Below, piece after piece: positions 12,275-25,391 of a stretch of 64,000 nucleotides of DNA. A program made the position numbers and the translations under genes. This DNA is from Iphione sp. A-MEVVRFRX5. Taxonomy: Eukaryota. Position 1 is the first letter of the stretch. The number at the start of each line of letters is the position of its first letter. The DNA lies in NCBI GenBank assembly GCA_976226885.1, contig OZ320319.1:66898001-66962000 (forward strand), read 5' to 3'. Under the pieces are notes generated by a model. It was not told the origin of the DNA. It saw only the letters and a list, made by a program, of their open reading frames with translations, and ran no database searches.

Positions 12275-15200
12275 TGGATTAATGGCGTTGCGAGGTCTGG
12301 TAAGCATCCCTTCAGAGGGGAATCTGTTCCATCTCATTACTAGATGTTCAATGAAATACAAGCAGAGGAACTGTAAATCCGTCTTACTTTTCCTTTCGTT
12401 AAGACACGCTAGTCTTCCTAGGACTGTTTCATCTGTAGACATAAATATAATTGCATGGTTTGCAGCCGTCGTGGTTCCTTTTATCACACACCCGTCTAGG
12501 AAGTAATCTTCCCCATTAAATTGCAAATCATTTCATTAGGGTGTGCAGTGAGAAATTCAGGGCCCTTTCCTACAGCGTTAATTCCTTCTCTGTTCGGTAT
12601 GTACGAACAGAGTAAAATGGCATCTAGTGGGGTTCTTTCTAGAACATTTTTATTCGAAGAATTCGTCTTGGGAAATCAGTCGTGCCTTTCATGTTAAGAC
12701 ATAAAACCTTACGGAGATTAATAAATGGTTGAAATAATAAGTTGGTTGTCTGTATGACAGCCATTGAATGTAACTACTGCAGGTCTCTCTGATGAGGCGT
12801 TCCTTTTCTTACGCATTTAACGTAATACAATGAATTCTATAGAAGTTCTGATTTTTCATTTAAAGGATGTGGCCAGGATATTAAATGCACTGTATTTCTG
12901 TTGCTAGTTCTGCTTGTTGTACTCTTTATCTAAGGAAGGTACATTGTTAACACACTGGTTACAGTTAATGCGCCCTGCTACATATTAGAGTGGTAGAATT
13001 TTGCAGAGATCGTGGGCACCTCCTGAAGGCATACTCACAGAAATATCTTTGGGCATGTTGATGATGAAACCTATACCTTCCAGCTTGCCTATTACTGCCA
13101 TTGTGTCTGAATTCGTAATGGATACTTGTCATCGATACCTCATTGTTTAGCTGCTTAATTGTTGGCTTCTCTTCTATGGGGAGACATCCAACCTTTCTAC
13201 CAAAAGAAAGGCATTTTTATTGATGATTTTTTTTTTTAGTTCCTATTGTTTCCTCTTGAAATTTGCCTTTGATTGTTTTGCAGTCTCCGATAGAAAAGTG
13301 TTTCTCTTTCATTTTTGCTTCAATTTGAAGCGCTTTATTTTTGGCCCACGGACGTGGTTTGCTGGGTATTAACGACGTGGCTCCCTTCAGTTGACGCATG
13401 TATGTTACCATACTTTTAGTCGTAATATTTCCAGTTTATTATCGCCATGTCTGAGGTCGTAAGTTCATGTCTATGGAGCCATTTCCTCATAGAGTGAACT
13501 AAACTTGATCGATTTTGACAGAGTAGACGCTTGGACCCACAAAGGTTGATGTCTGCAAGGACACCCCTATTCTTTCATTACTGAAATTTACAGTCGGTTA
13601 AAACTGCACCTTTCATTTGTGCGATATGGGGAAGGATAACGCACATCTAACACTCCCCAAGGAAATGAACAATACTCGCTCTTCTCTCGACGGGGACGCC
13701 CATGATACCGCCCTTCACTCCGGGGATTTCAGAGTCTGCCGGTGGGCGCCCTGCACGTGACCGATAGGAATGGTCGTTACAATGTTTTAGATATAAATCA
13801 TGAATAGAATTTGCATCGACGTCGATGTAGTGTGACTCTAATGGTAGCAACCTTTCTGATATTTCAGACAGACTAAGGCTCAATGGGAGAACATATGGCA
13901 GTATACACTAGTCTTACACATTAAACTGATATCTGATGATGGCCTGAAGGGATATGTTATTCTATGACATACACATACCTTGGATCATGAAACCCAACAG
14001 ACCCACATACAAAACGCTATCCATAAGACCTGCAAATTGTGCTGGTTGTTGTCATCAAGTGACCGTCGTCAAAGCGCGGTGAATAGATTCCCGCCCAGTA
14101 ATTACCCCATCGTCGTATTTGCAGGGGCAACGAGCAACCATGTCAGCGTCAAAATTACCCAATCGGGTGGGTTAGCCACGATCCATATGCGTGAGGATCG
14201 ATCGGTCAGTGCAGGTGGCCAACATCTGCAATAGACAGTTCGGACGGGATGGGGGAGTGGGGGTAGGGATGGGGGTAGAGGATACGCCACTCCAGGCTGT
14301 GGGCCGTCTGGCACCCTACCAGTCACCGTTAACTGACTGCCGTAAGTTCCGCCGTCTGATACATTATGCTGGCCATTCGGAAGATAGTGTCGCAAGACAC
14401 CGGGAGACATAATTGCGTTCCGCCGCCGGCCCCAAGCCTATGCCCCCACGCCGATGCCCCCCTGGTGGAAGCCATCTCATTCTTATTCGGGACACTCCCA
14501 CGAAGCAATTGTGTCGTCTCTCTCAACAACCCCTTTAAATTCTAGGGCTCCTCACATGGGGTGCATTGTTCTGAATCGGTACAAAACGGCCCGTAAGGCA
14601 CCTGACATGGCCACATGTGTGTATTAGATTTACGGTGGGTTATATATGACATGTGCATATCTATTATAGTTGTGTCATTTCATGGAACATACAGTCTTCG
14701 GTAATTGCCTCTGAAATCAATTTTCATCCAGGATGTGGTCATAAACTTTTTCCCGCTTTATTGAGGAGAGAGGGGCTCTAAATGAGATTCTATCGTTAAA
14801 TGATTTATGCATTCGACGAAATATAACAACCAGATATGGAAAGAACTCAAGAACTTTACATAGTAATATCATAGTATTGGATCCCAAAAGAATGATTAGT
14901 CATTTCAGATATGAACAGGTAGGGACACAAATAATTCATAGTTCTAAGCAGTTCTGTATAGTTCTGTACACCTAGATGTATTTTCCATATGAACGTTACG
15001 ACTTACCTATATATTCATACAAACATATGCAAATGTACCTTCATAGATGGACCGAAATACCCAGAATAGATGTTCTAAGTAAGTTTCGTTAGTACCCTGT
15101 TAGAGTTTAAAGTCCTTTGGAAGCGACACCTTATAAAGGGTCGAGCACGTATCAGTTCCCCAAGGTCCCCTTACATTATTCTATGCACCTATGCCTCTCA

Positions 15201-18200
15201 GGCATAATCCTCTTCAGAATTGTGAAACAGCCCACAGCTGCTTATTAGATGTGCCATAAGAAAAAAAACATGGACAGGAGCAGCAATCAAATTATTAATT
15301 AAAGCTGTAAACAATCCCAAGAGATACTGCGTGGGATTTCCACATGTGGTCTGCACAGGCTGCTTTCCTATGACAATGCTAATACGATTAGACTGTCGCG
15401 TAGTGCCTGGCTGTCACACCACGCTGTTTGATGACTGTTACGTGTTCATTTATGTAGCACAACGCTGCTCAGTATATGTCACTCTCCTTCTTTCTTGATT
15501 AACACTCATGGCAATAATCATTGCCTTTGCTTTTTATTGTCAAACAAACGACGCTCTTCCCACACTAATCATGCACCAATCAGCGACTGTTGCACAGAGT
15601 AGTATCCTGTACGGCTCTCCGATGTAATTACTCTGTTATGTATGATTTTTATACCCACACAGAGCGCCGAGTGTAATGCGCCCAGAGCTACTCATCAACT
15701 CTCAGGAGCTTTTCGACCTGCTCGCCTGTGTGTATGCCCGCCCGATGGCCAGCGCCTCTCCGACCGGGTCTTCAGCAGGAGATTGACGGAGAAGATTGAG
15801 CCTACTTCCCGGTCGGTTTGGGCTGGAGCTGCCGGCAGCAGTGGTGTCTTGCGCAAAACCGAACTGCTCGTGGGCTTGGTTGGTGTCGCACCCCAAACTA
15901 ATGAAGCTGCTCACCACCTCGTATTGATCATGGGAGCGCTCTAACGGAGGTGGGTGGTCTGTACGAAGAGACCGCATCATCCGTCTCATCTACGTACCTC
16001 CTTCCCGGCCCCTCCCACTTCCCCCTTCCCCCCTTCTCCCCCCCCCCACACCCTGCACGGTGGCTCTCTAGACCGGCTAGCGCCTTCCCAAATTGCACAT
16101 GCTTTGATAGGTTTGATGACTGCCAGGTACGTGAAGGGAAAGCAAAGGACCACTGTGCAGTAGTTCCGAGAGGAATTGATGGTTCTGTTGCCACCTATAA
16201 ATAATACTGGCGCTAGAAGTTCTTCGTTGAACATTAAGCCTGAATCTGGTATGATTTTCTAAGGTGTGCAATGAGGAGTAAATATATTGAATGGTTGAAG
16301 AAATACGAACAATCAGGTTGATATCGACTTCAGGCAAATGTAAGTCAGGGCTCGATCTCCCAGCTCTTAATATCGAACATTGTGCGATATTTAAATAAAT
16401 TCCTGTCAAAGAGTTTTTTTTGCTGTAATATTAGGTGGCTGATATTGGTAGATATGTCGTAAGGAGTCTCATTTATGATGCAGCATTATGTTGAATCTGC
16501 CCTCCATAACCGATGAAACCTATGGTTATATAACCTTCAATTCTGTAATCTATTCAATTTGGACTTGGCCTGAAGAAATCAGACGGCCGAAGCAAAGCCA
16601 AGCGGGTCGAGTGCGGGTAAGGACCCTTTCAAACCCAGGTTCGATAAGTGAGCGCCGGGCGAGCAGAATCTCGACCGACTGCTCATCGGTCGAGGTCGCG
16701 CCTACAGGGAGCTGCTGACGCTAAGGAATAGTGACAGGGGATGAAGCTATGTCGCCTCAAGTTACCGTGGACACAGGGCCACCTTAGTTGGCACTAGATC
16801 CATTGACTTCAACATAGTAAGATTCTCTGCGTGTTGATAGGTGCACACACCTGGACTGTACCCAAGGGAAGACTTCTAATCAGACCTACTCAGCTTAAGC
16901 TCTCCAAGCCGCACGCCGTCTCGATATCTACTTAGGCCTCTGACCTCCCATTTCAGTAGTAAGTTCCCCCGACGGCAGCTTTTACCGTCAGATCTCCATA
17001 TCACGAACACATCCTTGGTTGCTTGGGCCATTGCCAGGATAGTTGCTTGCTTGGAGAAAACGTACACAACATTCCAAACGGATCGATATCTTTCGTAGAG
17101 GATGGTGAGGGGGGGTCCGCTGTGACTCTAGGAAGTGATCTGTTTATTTTGCTCGGGACACGTATTAATATACGAAGAGCAGGATGGGCACTGAAGCTGA
17201 CGCAATGTGAGTCAGTTATTTTCAAAAGTCAGAGAACATCCCTGAGGCAGATGCAAGGTTGGTTTCTCGTTGGTGAATTTAGACGTCTTGTTCCGTCCTA
17301 ATTCCACTTTTCGTTGGTATGGCACTTTCACCTTTCCCGTGGGCCTTGCGCTAATGAAACATTCATCGACTTTTCATCAGGGATCCTTGCTCAAGAGTAC
17401 AAATAGCATTTGCTGAGAGGTTCGTGGCTACTGGCCAATCGAAGGCATGCCGCAAGAATACAGATCTGCCCTGAGCCAAAACCTTGAGTGTGTTAGAAGT
17501 TGATTAGGTCTTTGGTATCGGTTGCTGCCAATGACCACATTTTCGAATAACAAGAGCAGCAGGGCAGTACGTAAAAAGGGCAATTATATCAAAATGAGAC
17601 AGGATTGTAACGTAGAAAAGAGCAAACTCATGCCCATGAAATTAGCCTTCTTTGACTGGGGAATGCTGTTTCAGCTCGGTCATCAAACTGATTAAAATCT
17701 AAAAAAACGAGAGAATACCTGATTTTATTAAGGACTAACACAGAACTCATACTTCCACATGCTTCTATAATCATAAAAGAGTACAGTGTGGGACTACATA
17801 ACACGGATAGATGGGCTCACTGACGCTGTCAGGTTCTATCATCTAATGATAAACAAATGTCATTGAATACAACGAGCTCATGTTCTGCCCTCCTATTATT
17901 CTCTGATGCATTTGAAGTGTAAGTATAAATTTGCGTGTGCTATCCTATCATAAGCCAAATTAAAAGCATCTTCGGCCATAAATTATCTCCGCTCCAAGCA
18001 ATATATATGCACGAATATATATATACTAGTAGCAATGATAGTCGTCTAAACTGACACGACTCCATAGAAACACATTATAGCTACGTAAATATTTAGTAAC
18101 TACTTGATTGCACACGCGGGATAATACATGTGCACATTCAGCCCTAAGAATAATATAAAGATCTTTTCAAATATGACAGCAGCCATTGGAGGTCGTTGCC

Positions 18201-18540
18201 TTGGTCGCTGCACCACTCCATAAAATAACATATACAACAGACCTTCTCCTCAAGGCCATCCTACCGGCTGAATGTGCTTCATAAATGCCGACGATTTCGA
18301 AAAGGATGAACGTTTCAGGGGATATTAGAGTTATAAAATGTGAGGCTGTATTCCAGACCCATTTAACTGTCGGGCAAATATTTGATCCTAATGTGCACAT
18401 TTCAGTAGGGGGGTCCTCTTAGAATCTATTCTGCACATACTATTATAGCAGCCATCCCTTAACCTCAGTATTTCGACCGTAATACCTGGGTACACGGGGC
18501 ATAATTCTATCATGGAAACCCTATTGCAAGGGTTGGTAAA

Positions 18541-18603
18541 AATGTACCTAGGGTCACTTTTCAAGACCCGGGCGTTACACTTAGAGAGCCATGTACATCT
18601 ATG
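18541..18603 (+). repeat. 63-bp direct repeat, copy 1
   Basis: aatgtacctagggtcacttttcaagacccgggcgttacacttagagagccatgtacatctatg is identical to 20293-20355. Confidence 0.95.
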
Positions 18604-19435
18604 ACTTGGAACCAAGCAGTGTTACAACAGCGAGGGGCTACTGCTTAGAAATTCTATACATCTGGCTTACCGTCAAACATGCAAGAGTACTTGACAAAGA
18701 ATTTTATTAAACATTAAACATTATATCACATGCATATTGACATTGAGCTGATGATCTTTGAACATATTTTAAGGGCTTTGTTGCAAAAAGTTTCTTTCAA
18801 AATGTGGAAAATATTGTTGAAACTGTTTTTGTCGGTGACCTGTAATTATTTTCAAAGCATCTTTTTAGAGACATTTGATGCATTATGTTGCAAGGGGGAT
18901 TCTAAAACCATATATCTTACTTAAAGTACAGTGTTATTCTAGGAAGTTCTTCATTTTTTGTGATCTTTTAAACATACTACTCCTACTATTTTCCTATGCT
19001 AGATCTGGCTTCACTTGGGTCTTAGACTTAGGCTTGAGATCAACATGTTTTGACACATCAACCTTTCTGGATGAGCTAACTGCACGAGTGACCTTTATAT
19101 GTGTTGGGCGAGATCACATGTTTTTCACATGTTTATACATCAAAGCAACGTTCTTTGATCTATCAACGATTCGATATATGTACAAGTATATATACGGAAG
19201 AACCTGCAAATATTGACGTACAATATTTAAGCATCGGAGCATTACAAACGGCTCATCTTATACCACCAGGATTTTAGATTTGGCATCATATACTAGTGTC
19301 AATAATGGGGGCAAATTACAATCTGAAATACAACTCTTAATCATTATAGGGAGAACGAAACAAAAGTAGTTCTGAAGGGCGACAATGGTATGTTGGTACG
19401 TGGAAATGAAGCCACCAGGACCCTGGCAGCCAACA

Positions 19436-19470
19436 CCTTTGAGAAGCCACGAAGCCTTTGAGAAGCCACG
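19436..19470. repeat. 16-bp duplication cctttgagaagccacg x2 (period 19)
   Basis: Directly visible. Confidence 0.9.
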
Positions 19471-20058
19471 TAGAGAGACCAAGAGGTCGCAACGCCTCCT
19501 GGCACTGATTTTTTGCGGGCATAATGTTATAGTATGACGTTGGCATGGAGTGCCTAGCGAGTAGTGATGGACTGGCGGTGGTTCTTGACGAGGAGCAGAG
19601 TCTCGACCACAAGGTGTACGCGCCTCGCAGCCCCCGTCACCAGCCCCTCAAGCATTCTACCAGCACCAGAGGCGACCGGCTGGCCAGCCGCCGCCGCAGC
19701 CGCCGACGCTATTTTTAACCCTCTGTTTTCAAATGCCGTTCATCACATCGATCGGCACGTAGCCTCAATCAACGCCGCCGGCTCCAATCAAAGCCTGACA
19801 AGGCGTTCTGAAACAAGCTTATCATAAACCACTGAAGGGCCGCCACCGCGCTAGCTAGGGGACAGAGGCAAAGCATGCCAAATAAGCACGCTACATGCCC
19901 CGAATCACGAGCCTGCCCAGAAGACATATTACGGCGGGCCCTTGCTTGCGGAAGCCAGGCAGTAGGGGCGGGAAGGGATCGGCGAGTGAATGGTAGCTGT
20001 GGAGGGAGCGACGACGGCGGCGGCGGCAGCAGCGACGTTGGTAGGTCGGGATGCGGGG

Positions 20059-20110
20059 AGTAGTAGTGGTGGTGGTAGTGATGGTGGTGGCGGTGGTGGT
20101 GGTGGTGGTG
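20059..20110. repeat. (GTA/GGT)n trinucleotide tract in a GC-rich segment
   Basis: Directly visible. It explains the poly-His ORF at 19769-20131. Confidence 0.9.
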
Positions 20111-20292
20111 GAAACAGGGTAGCAGCGACAAAGTGGGGCGCAGTGAGAAGTGTACGTGAGCGATAAATGGGAGTAGCTCGCTAGATGGCGCTTACCCGCG
20201 GGAACCGTGCAGTGCGCGCTCCAAGCTATCTTTCAATGAATTGATGCCCTGCTCCCCAATAGTTGTCAAGCAAGTCGTTGGTAAACCATTAG

Positions 20293-20355
20293 AATGTACC
20301 TAGGGTCACTTTTCAAGACCCGGGCGTTACACTTAGAGAGCCATGTACATCTATG
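20293..20355 (+). repeat. 63-bp direct repeat, copy 2
   Basis: Identical to 18541-18603. Confidence 0.95.
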
Positions 20356-21817
20356 TAGTGGATGAGGAGCACAGAGATCAGAAGTATGAATGCAACAGCG
20401 GCGGTTAAAAGGACCAATGATTGAGACGAGGCAGAGAAGGGGAAAACGCCAATCAAAAATGCTGGTCACGGAATACGTTACACGCAAAGACAAAACAGCA
20501 CTGGAGAGCTGAGCAAATGGCTGTCATGCAGCAATGAAACCATGACATCCCTCGATCCATTTAACATGGCAACAAATCATACTTTTTTTAAAATATAGAG
20601 AATAAACTAGTCGTACATCTAATTATGACCTCTGATCCTTAATTATGAAGAATTTTTATACGAACAAATCGAAAAAACATCTTTGTCCATTTGCAATTTC
20701 GCAACCGAAAGACGACATTACTTATGCGAAGGTGTAAACTAAAATGAGAATTCCAATGGGAGAACTCCATAATGCAATTAAAATTCATGTCTCTATATCC
20801 ACCAGGTCATCTGCAATCGTATACGGTGGTGCGTATTCAGTTGACTCTACAAACGGTCAAAGCAACCCGTCAAATTCAGTGTTAACTGCTTCTTCGGCCG
20901 GTTGCGTTGTAGCAAAAATAAGAAAAGGTTGTTGCTGCATACACATCCTTGATATTTCATGAAGCAGGAGGCTATTCCACGATGGCGTACAAATGTCAAA
21001 ATTGACAACTGGCAGCCTGAAACAATGCGATGGAATAACCAAGGTCTCATTAGGATACCTAGCTAAAGGCATTTACAGTAATTTGTTCCTTGTGTCCAGT
21101 TTATTGGACTACTCATGATGCCTCCCTTGATAGCTAAGGCCTGTGTGCTCTCCTTTTGTTAGGCGAAACGCTTCTAAATAAAAGAAGGACTGGAGAGAAA
21201 TGCAATAGAAATCAAGGGAACTTTTCAGCATTAGCAGCCCGGTTTTAAGTTTTCACTGGCAATTACTGAAATTACCATGAAAAACAACTCATTGAAATGG
21301 TCGTAATGAGCAGTGCTTATCAGCAATTAAAGATAAAATTCCTTCTGCATCAAGAGGCATAGTGTCTGGGAGTGTTTCCTTTTTATACGGTTCATACAGA
21401 ATCAGAAAAATGCCTAAGGCAGGATTTCTGTACTGAACATATACATCCAATCAATACCATTTTAGATTTTCGCCTTTATACAAAATACCAAATACGTGTA
21501 GGGCGTGTCCTTGTTGTCTTTGGTTATGCTTTAAGGGAACTTACAACCACGAAAAAAATCTACATACTTCTATAGAGGCAAAACATGGGCAATAAACTTC
21601 ACAGGTAGGTTCTCGGGTCAACGGGCTTTTCACACAGATATTTGCGATAATGACGAGGAAGACCATTTTCAACAAGATTTTCTGCGTCCATCTACCATGG
21701 TCAGTAAAAGGTTCAAGTAAACTTTCCAAGTTATTTCAAGTTCCGATTGGTGATGCCCTGTGTATTATTTCTACACAGAAAACATGGAAAAACAATAATT
21801 TAACATCTGAAAAGGGT

Positions 21818-22166
21818 GGTGAGTTAGCTCAGTTGGTAGAGCACTGGTACAATTATTGAGAGGTCGTAGGTTCAATCCCAGAATTGGGACTCTTGATCAA
21901 GATCAGAGAGATTTACTGTAGCCCCAACCCAGAGTGGTCAACAACTTGTAAAAAGGCTGTGGGTATTAAGGATTCTGACCCTTATGCAAAAAAAAGATCT
22001 CAGAAACCTATATGAAATAACAGCAGAAAGCAACCCTTGGTATTCTGGTCTCTCAATTCTCAATAAAAGATGGCAATAAGCTACTCCAGGAGGATATGGA
22101 AGAAGCCTGTCCTGATGATAGGTGAATATATTCCTGGTTAAAGATGCAATGAAAATGAAAATGAAA
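21818..22166 (+). mobile_element. tRNA-derived SINE with Deu/Nin-like core and (ATGAAA)n tail
   Basis: Pol III A box TAGCTCAGTTGG (21825-36) and B box GGTTCAATCCC (21869-79). The D-stem GCTC/GAGC is intact, but the anticodon, T and acceptor stems do not pair, so this is not a tRNA gene. The body from ~21968 to 22166 is homologous to 40696-40894. It ends ttcctggttaaagatgcaatgaaaatgaaaatgaaa. The Deu/Nin assignment is from my recollection of that core motif. Confidence 0.75.
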
Positions 22167-23106
22167 CGTTCAGAACTATCGGGAGGAATCCACCTGTTCT
22201 TGCATTTGCTTCATTCGGGAGTTTTTCCAGTGTCATTTCAGCTGAGGTTGGGTTCGAAGGACATGCAATATGCACGATGTTTAATCTGTTCCTGGGTGCA
22301 CAAAACCTGTCGTAGGCAGAGAAAAAATGCAAATGTCTCCAAATAAAAGACAAGGAAATGCACCTTTTCGTTTCGCTTTAATGAAGAAACCGGAAGCATG
22401 GTCAGCCTCTTTATATGTGATTTTTTTCAAGAACCTTATGCATAGAAGACGATCTAAAATGTAGACACTTAACCTGTCCTGACTAAAACCCTATACGCCA
22501 CGACAATGTCTACTTTACCGACAATAACTTCAAAAAGCCGTTCCATCTTTATCAGGGCTGTCCACAATTTGATCAAAACACTTTCTTAGTATAGCTACTC
22601 GACATGAATACTCTGTACTTATATTATGACATATGCTACCTGGAGATCAATATTTGGTTGAAAGGATGTAAATTTCACCCATATTAATTGCGCGCCATAT
22701 GCTTTCGGGGAGACGCAGTAAGTTCATGTATGTGTGCACGCACTACTTGCTAGTACAAAGAAAGAGATGGCAATATAAATACAATTTTTATAGAAAAAAA
22801 AAACAAATGACCGCTAGATACGACTGGATAGGCCTCTGTTACCGGCCTATAATTGGGTCAACACCTGCTTGATTGACAACTTGGCTGGTGTTTTGCCCTC
22901 CGGGCGGTTAAAGATAGATAGACCGACAGAGCTGGGCAGGCGTAAAATTGGAAGCAGAACAGGCTCCAATTTATCAGGAACAGGTGATTACTGAGAATGA
23001 GAAAGAGAGAGAAAAAAAGAAGTCTACAACCGCCGCTCCAATGCTGCAGGCTCTGTCGCTCTCCTGTGAGGCAGCAGCGGCCAGCATGGCCGAGTCGACC
23101 ACCACC

Positions 23107-23127
23107 GACGACGACGACGACGACGAC
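23107..23127. repeat. (GAC)7 microsatellite
   Basis: Directly visible. It explains the poly-Asp and poly-Arg ORFs. Confidence 0.95.
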
Positions 23128-25045
23128 ACGTAGATGTCCTGCTACGACGCGGCCGCCTCGACGTGCGTGAAATACTCCCGGTTGTCCTTTTTTCGCCTTT
23201 TGATCCCTCATCTTGCTCCTTCATCTCGCAGCGGCAGGACGGTGTGTTTTTTTTTCAGCGGACGCCGGATGCCCGGCATGGCTGAGGCTTGTGGTGCGAG
23301 TGACATTTGAGACGCGCCCGGCGACGCTTGATAGTAGTTGCCGAAATCTGCTGTTTCTGATCAATGGAGGACCAGATAAAGCACAATTGAGAATCCATGC
23401 GCCCGTTGGTGGTCGAAGAATAAATTACATGCTCAGAGTCTAACGCCTAACAACGCTGAGGAACGATAGATGGCCGCAGCAATACTGAGTGACGTTCATA
23501 CACGCTAGACTTCGAATAAATTTAAGCGTATAAACCGCATCCACTCACGAACACCTGAGGCGGTTGCGCAGGGCATAAAAGAGAGCCATTATGTGAATGA
23601 GTATGCCGCCAGTACCAAGTCGAGCTGTTCAGGGATCTCTCATCAATTCATCTAAGCCATCACACTCATACAGTGAATTACAGCAAATTAAATATGGCCA
23701 ACCGTAAATTACTCCGAGGAAGGTATGACAATCTTACAAATTTTGTTTTATATATTTTGCTACAAAGGAGACAGCAGAACGGTAAGAAAGGCGCGCCTGC
23801 AAGATGAATCGTGTATGGAAACTGGCAGGCGGACAACAATGGCATAGCCCTTGGGAGATAGGGGACAAACAAAACAGGAATGGTAACACAAAGACATCAC
23901 GTCAACTTCGTCTGGCAAATCTTGGTCCAAACACCCTGGTGGCTGAAACGTTTAGTCTACAATACTATCGTTCCCAAGACACTCCTGGGGCAATATGTCA
24001 ACCAGCCGCACTTGTTCATACCGTCAACAACCCATTCGCCTTCGTCGGGTTTTGTTAGGGAGAAGATCGATCCCTATGGCACGTTAGACAGGCATACTGA
24101 CACCACTGACATCTGAAATATTCCACCGTGTAGGTAACGTGCATGAGCGACAAAAGCTCAATAGAAAATCCTCCCTATGGTCCCGAATCAATAAAATGAC
24201 ATGCTCTCGTGTATATCTGTTATTTAATACAGAGTGTATTTGGTCTTCATTAAAACTATAAGTACTATGTCATCATTTAAGACTTAGAATATTTAAGGAG
24301 GCCAGATGATCACACAAAGGAAAAATGAATAGATGCGTTGCCTAATTGTCGTCAAAAGGGCCCAAAGAAGTCTCTTTTCAATTAAACTGAAATTTTATTT
24401 CTAATTCTGAGCTGCTTCTCGTTAGGCAGGATTCCTAATTAAAGTCTGAACTGCCATTCATAACGTTTCTACTGTGCTCCCTCCACTGTAAACCTGTATG
24501 CATCACCAGAGTTCTCTTATCGTAGACGTGAGGCGCAACTGGCTCCAAGAAAATGGCATTATAGCTTAAGGCATGGGATTCAGGCAACCACGTCGATTAA
24601 AAACATAAATGCGTGACCAAAACACCAGGAGGAGAGGAAGCTGCAAGGCAGGGATGAGATTATGCCTGTTTGGGCCTGCTGCACTCTCTCAGATAATTAG
24701 TGCCAGTGCCTGCCAAGAGCCCAGGATGGGGGCATTGCTATTTTGGTGCGTCTTTGCTGACTGCTGTGATTGTGGCCGCGTATTGTGATACTGAAGCATT
24801 AACCGCGGTCTGCCAAGGCAGTGATAATGGCCATGGTTGATAAACACTAGAGGACTTGCTCGTTCCCTTTGATTCCTCGTCAGTTCAAAGACAATGTCGT
24901 CTCAGCAGGTCCGAGCATGTGAGTCTAGAGAAGGATGAAACAGTATGAGCGGTCAGCGGCCCTGAGCTCTCGGCACTGTGGCGTCTAAATATCATCCCCA
25001 ATCAAAGCACAAAACTTCTACATGTAAAGAGTGGCAAAAACATCC

Positions 25046-25391
25046 TTACTTACTAACTTACTTAGTCATCTACATTTCAATCGAAACATAGGGCCAGCAC
25101 TGCAGATCTCCATCTTGCTCTATCTTGGGCAGCTCTCTTGGCTTCACTCCAGGTCATGTTGATGCTTTTGAGTCCTGCCTGTAGAGTTCTTCTCCAGTTG
25201 TTGACTGGTTGTCCTCTCTTTTGCTTTCCCTGTGGGTTCCAATCTAGGGCACGGTATTGAATGTGAGCCTGTCCTCTATGCAGGATGTGTCTGACCCAAC
25301 CTCTCTTCCTCATCTGGATCCTCTTGGTGATTGGGCCTTGTTTTGTCCTGCACATGAGTTCTTCATTTGAGATTCTTTCTGGCCATCTGAA
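25046..25391 (-). mobile_element. 3' end of an RTE-clade non-LTR retrotransposon, 5'-truncated
   Basis: The minus-strand peptide RWPERISNEELMCRTKQGPITKRIQMRKRGWVRHILHR..ALDWNPQGKQKRGQPVNNWRRTL..TWSEAKRAAQDRARWRSAVLALC matches the characteristic RTE ORF C-terminus. A (TAAG)n-like tail lies at 25046-25064. Imperfect TSD aaaaacatcc (25036-45) / aaaaagcatcc (25392-402). Confidence 0.9.

Noticed and set aside
12789-12830. Hammerhead-like CTGATGAG followed by a stem (also at 9592 and 32160 on minus)
   Set aside because: No correctly placed GAAA, stem III or cleavage triplet.
14425-14445. Twister-like gccggccccaagcc
   Set aside because: The P4 stem and pseudoknot partners are absent.
16960-17067. 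RecQ-like motif I (KDVFVIWRSDGKS) on the minus strand
   Set aside because: It lacks the TGxGKS Walker A spacing, and no motif Ia or II follows.
21818-21892. Functional tRNA gene
   Set aside because: A and B boxes are present, but the anticodon, T and acceptor stems do not pair, and the downstream body is shared with another repeat copy. It is a SINE head.
24870-24940. HDV-like P3/L3 motif tga-ttcctcg-tca
   Set aside because: No convincing P1, P1.1 GG or P2 partner strands.
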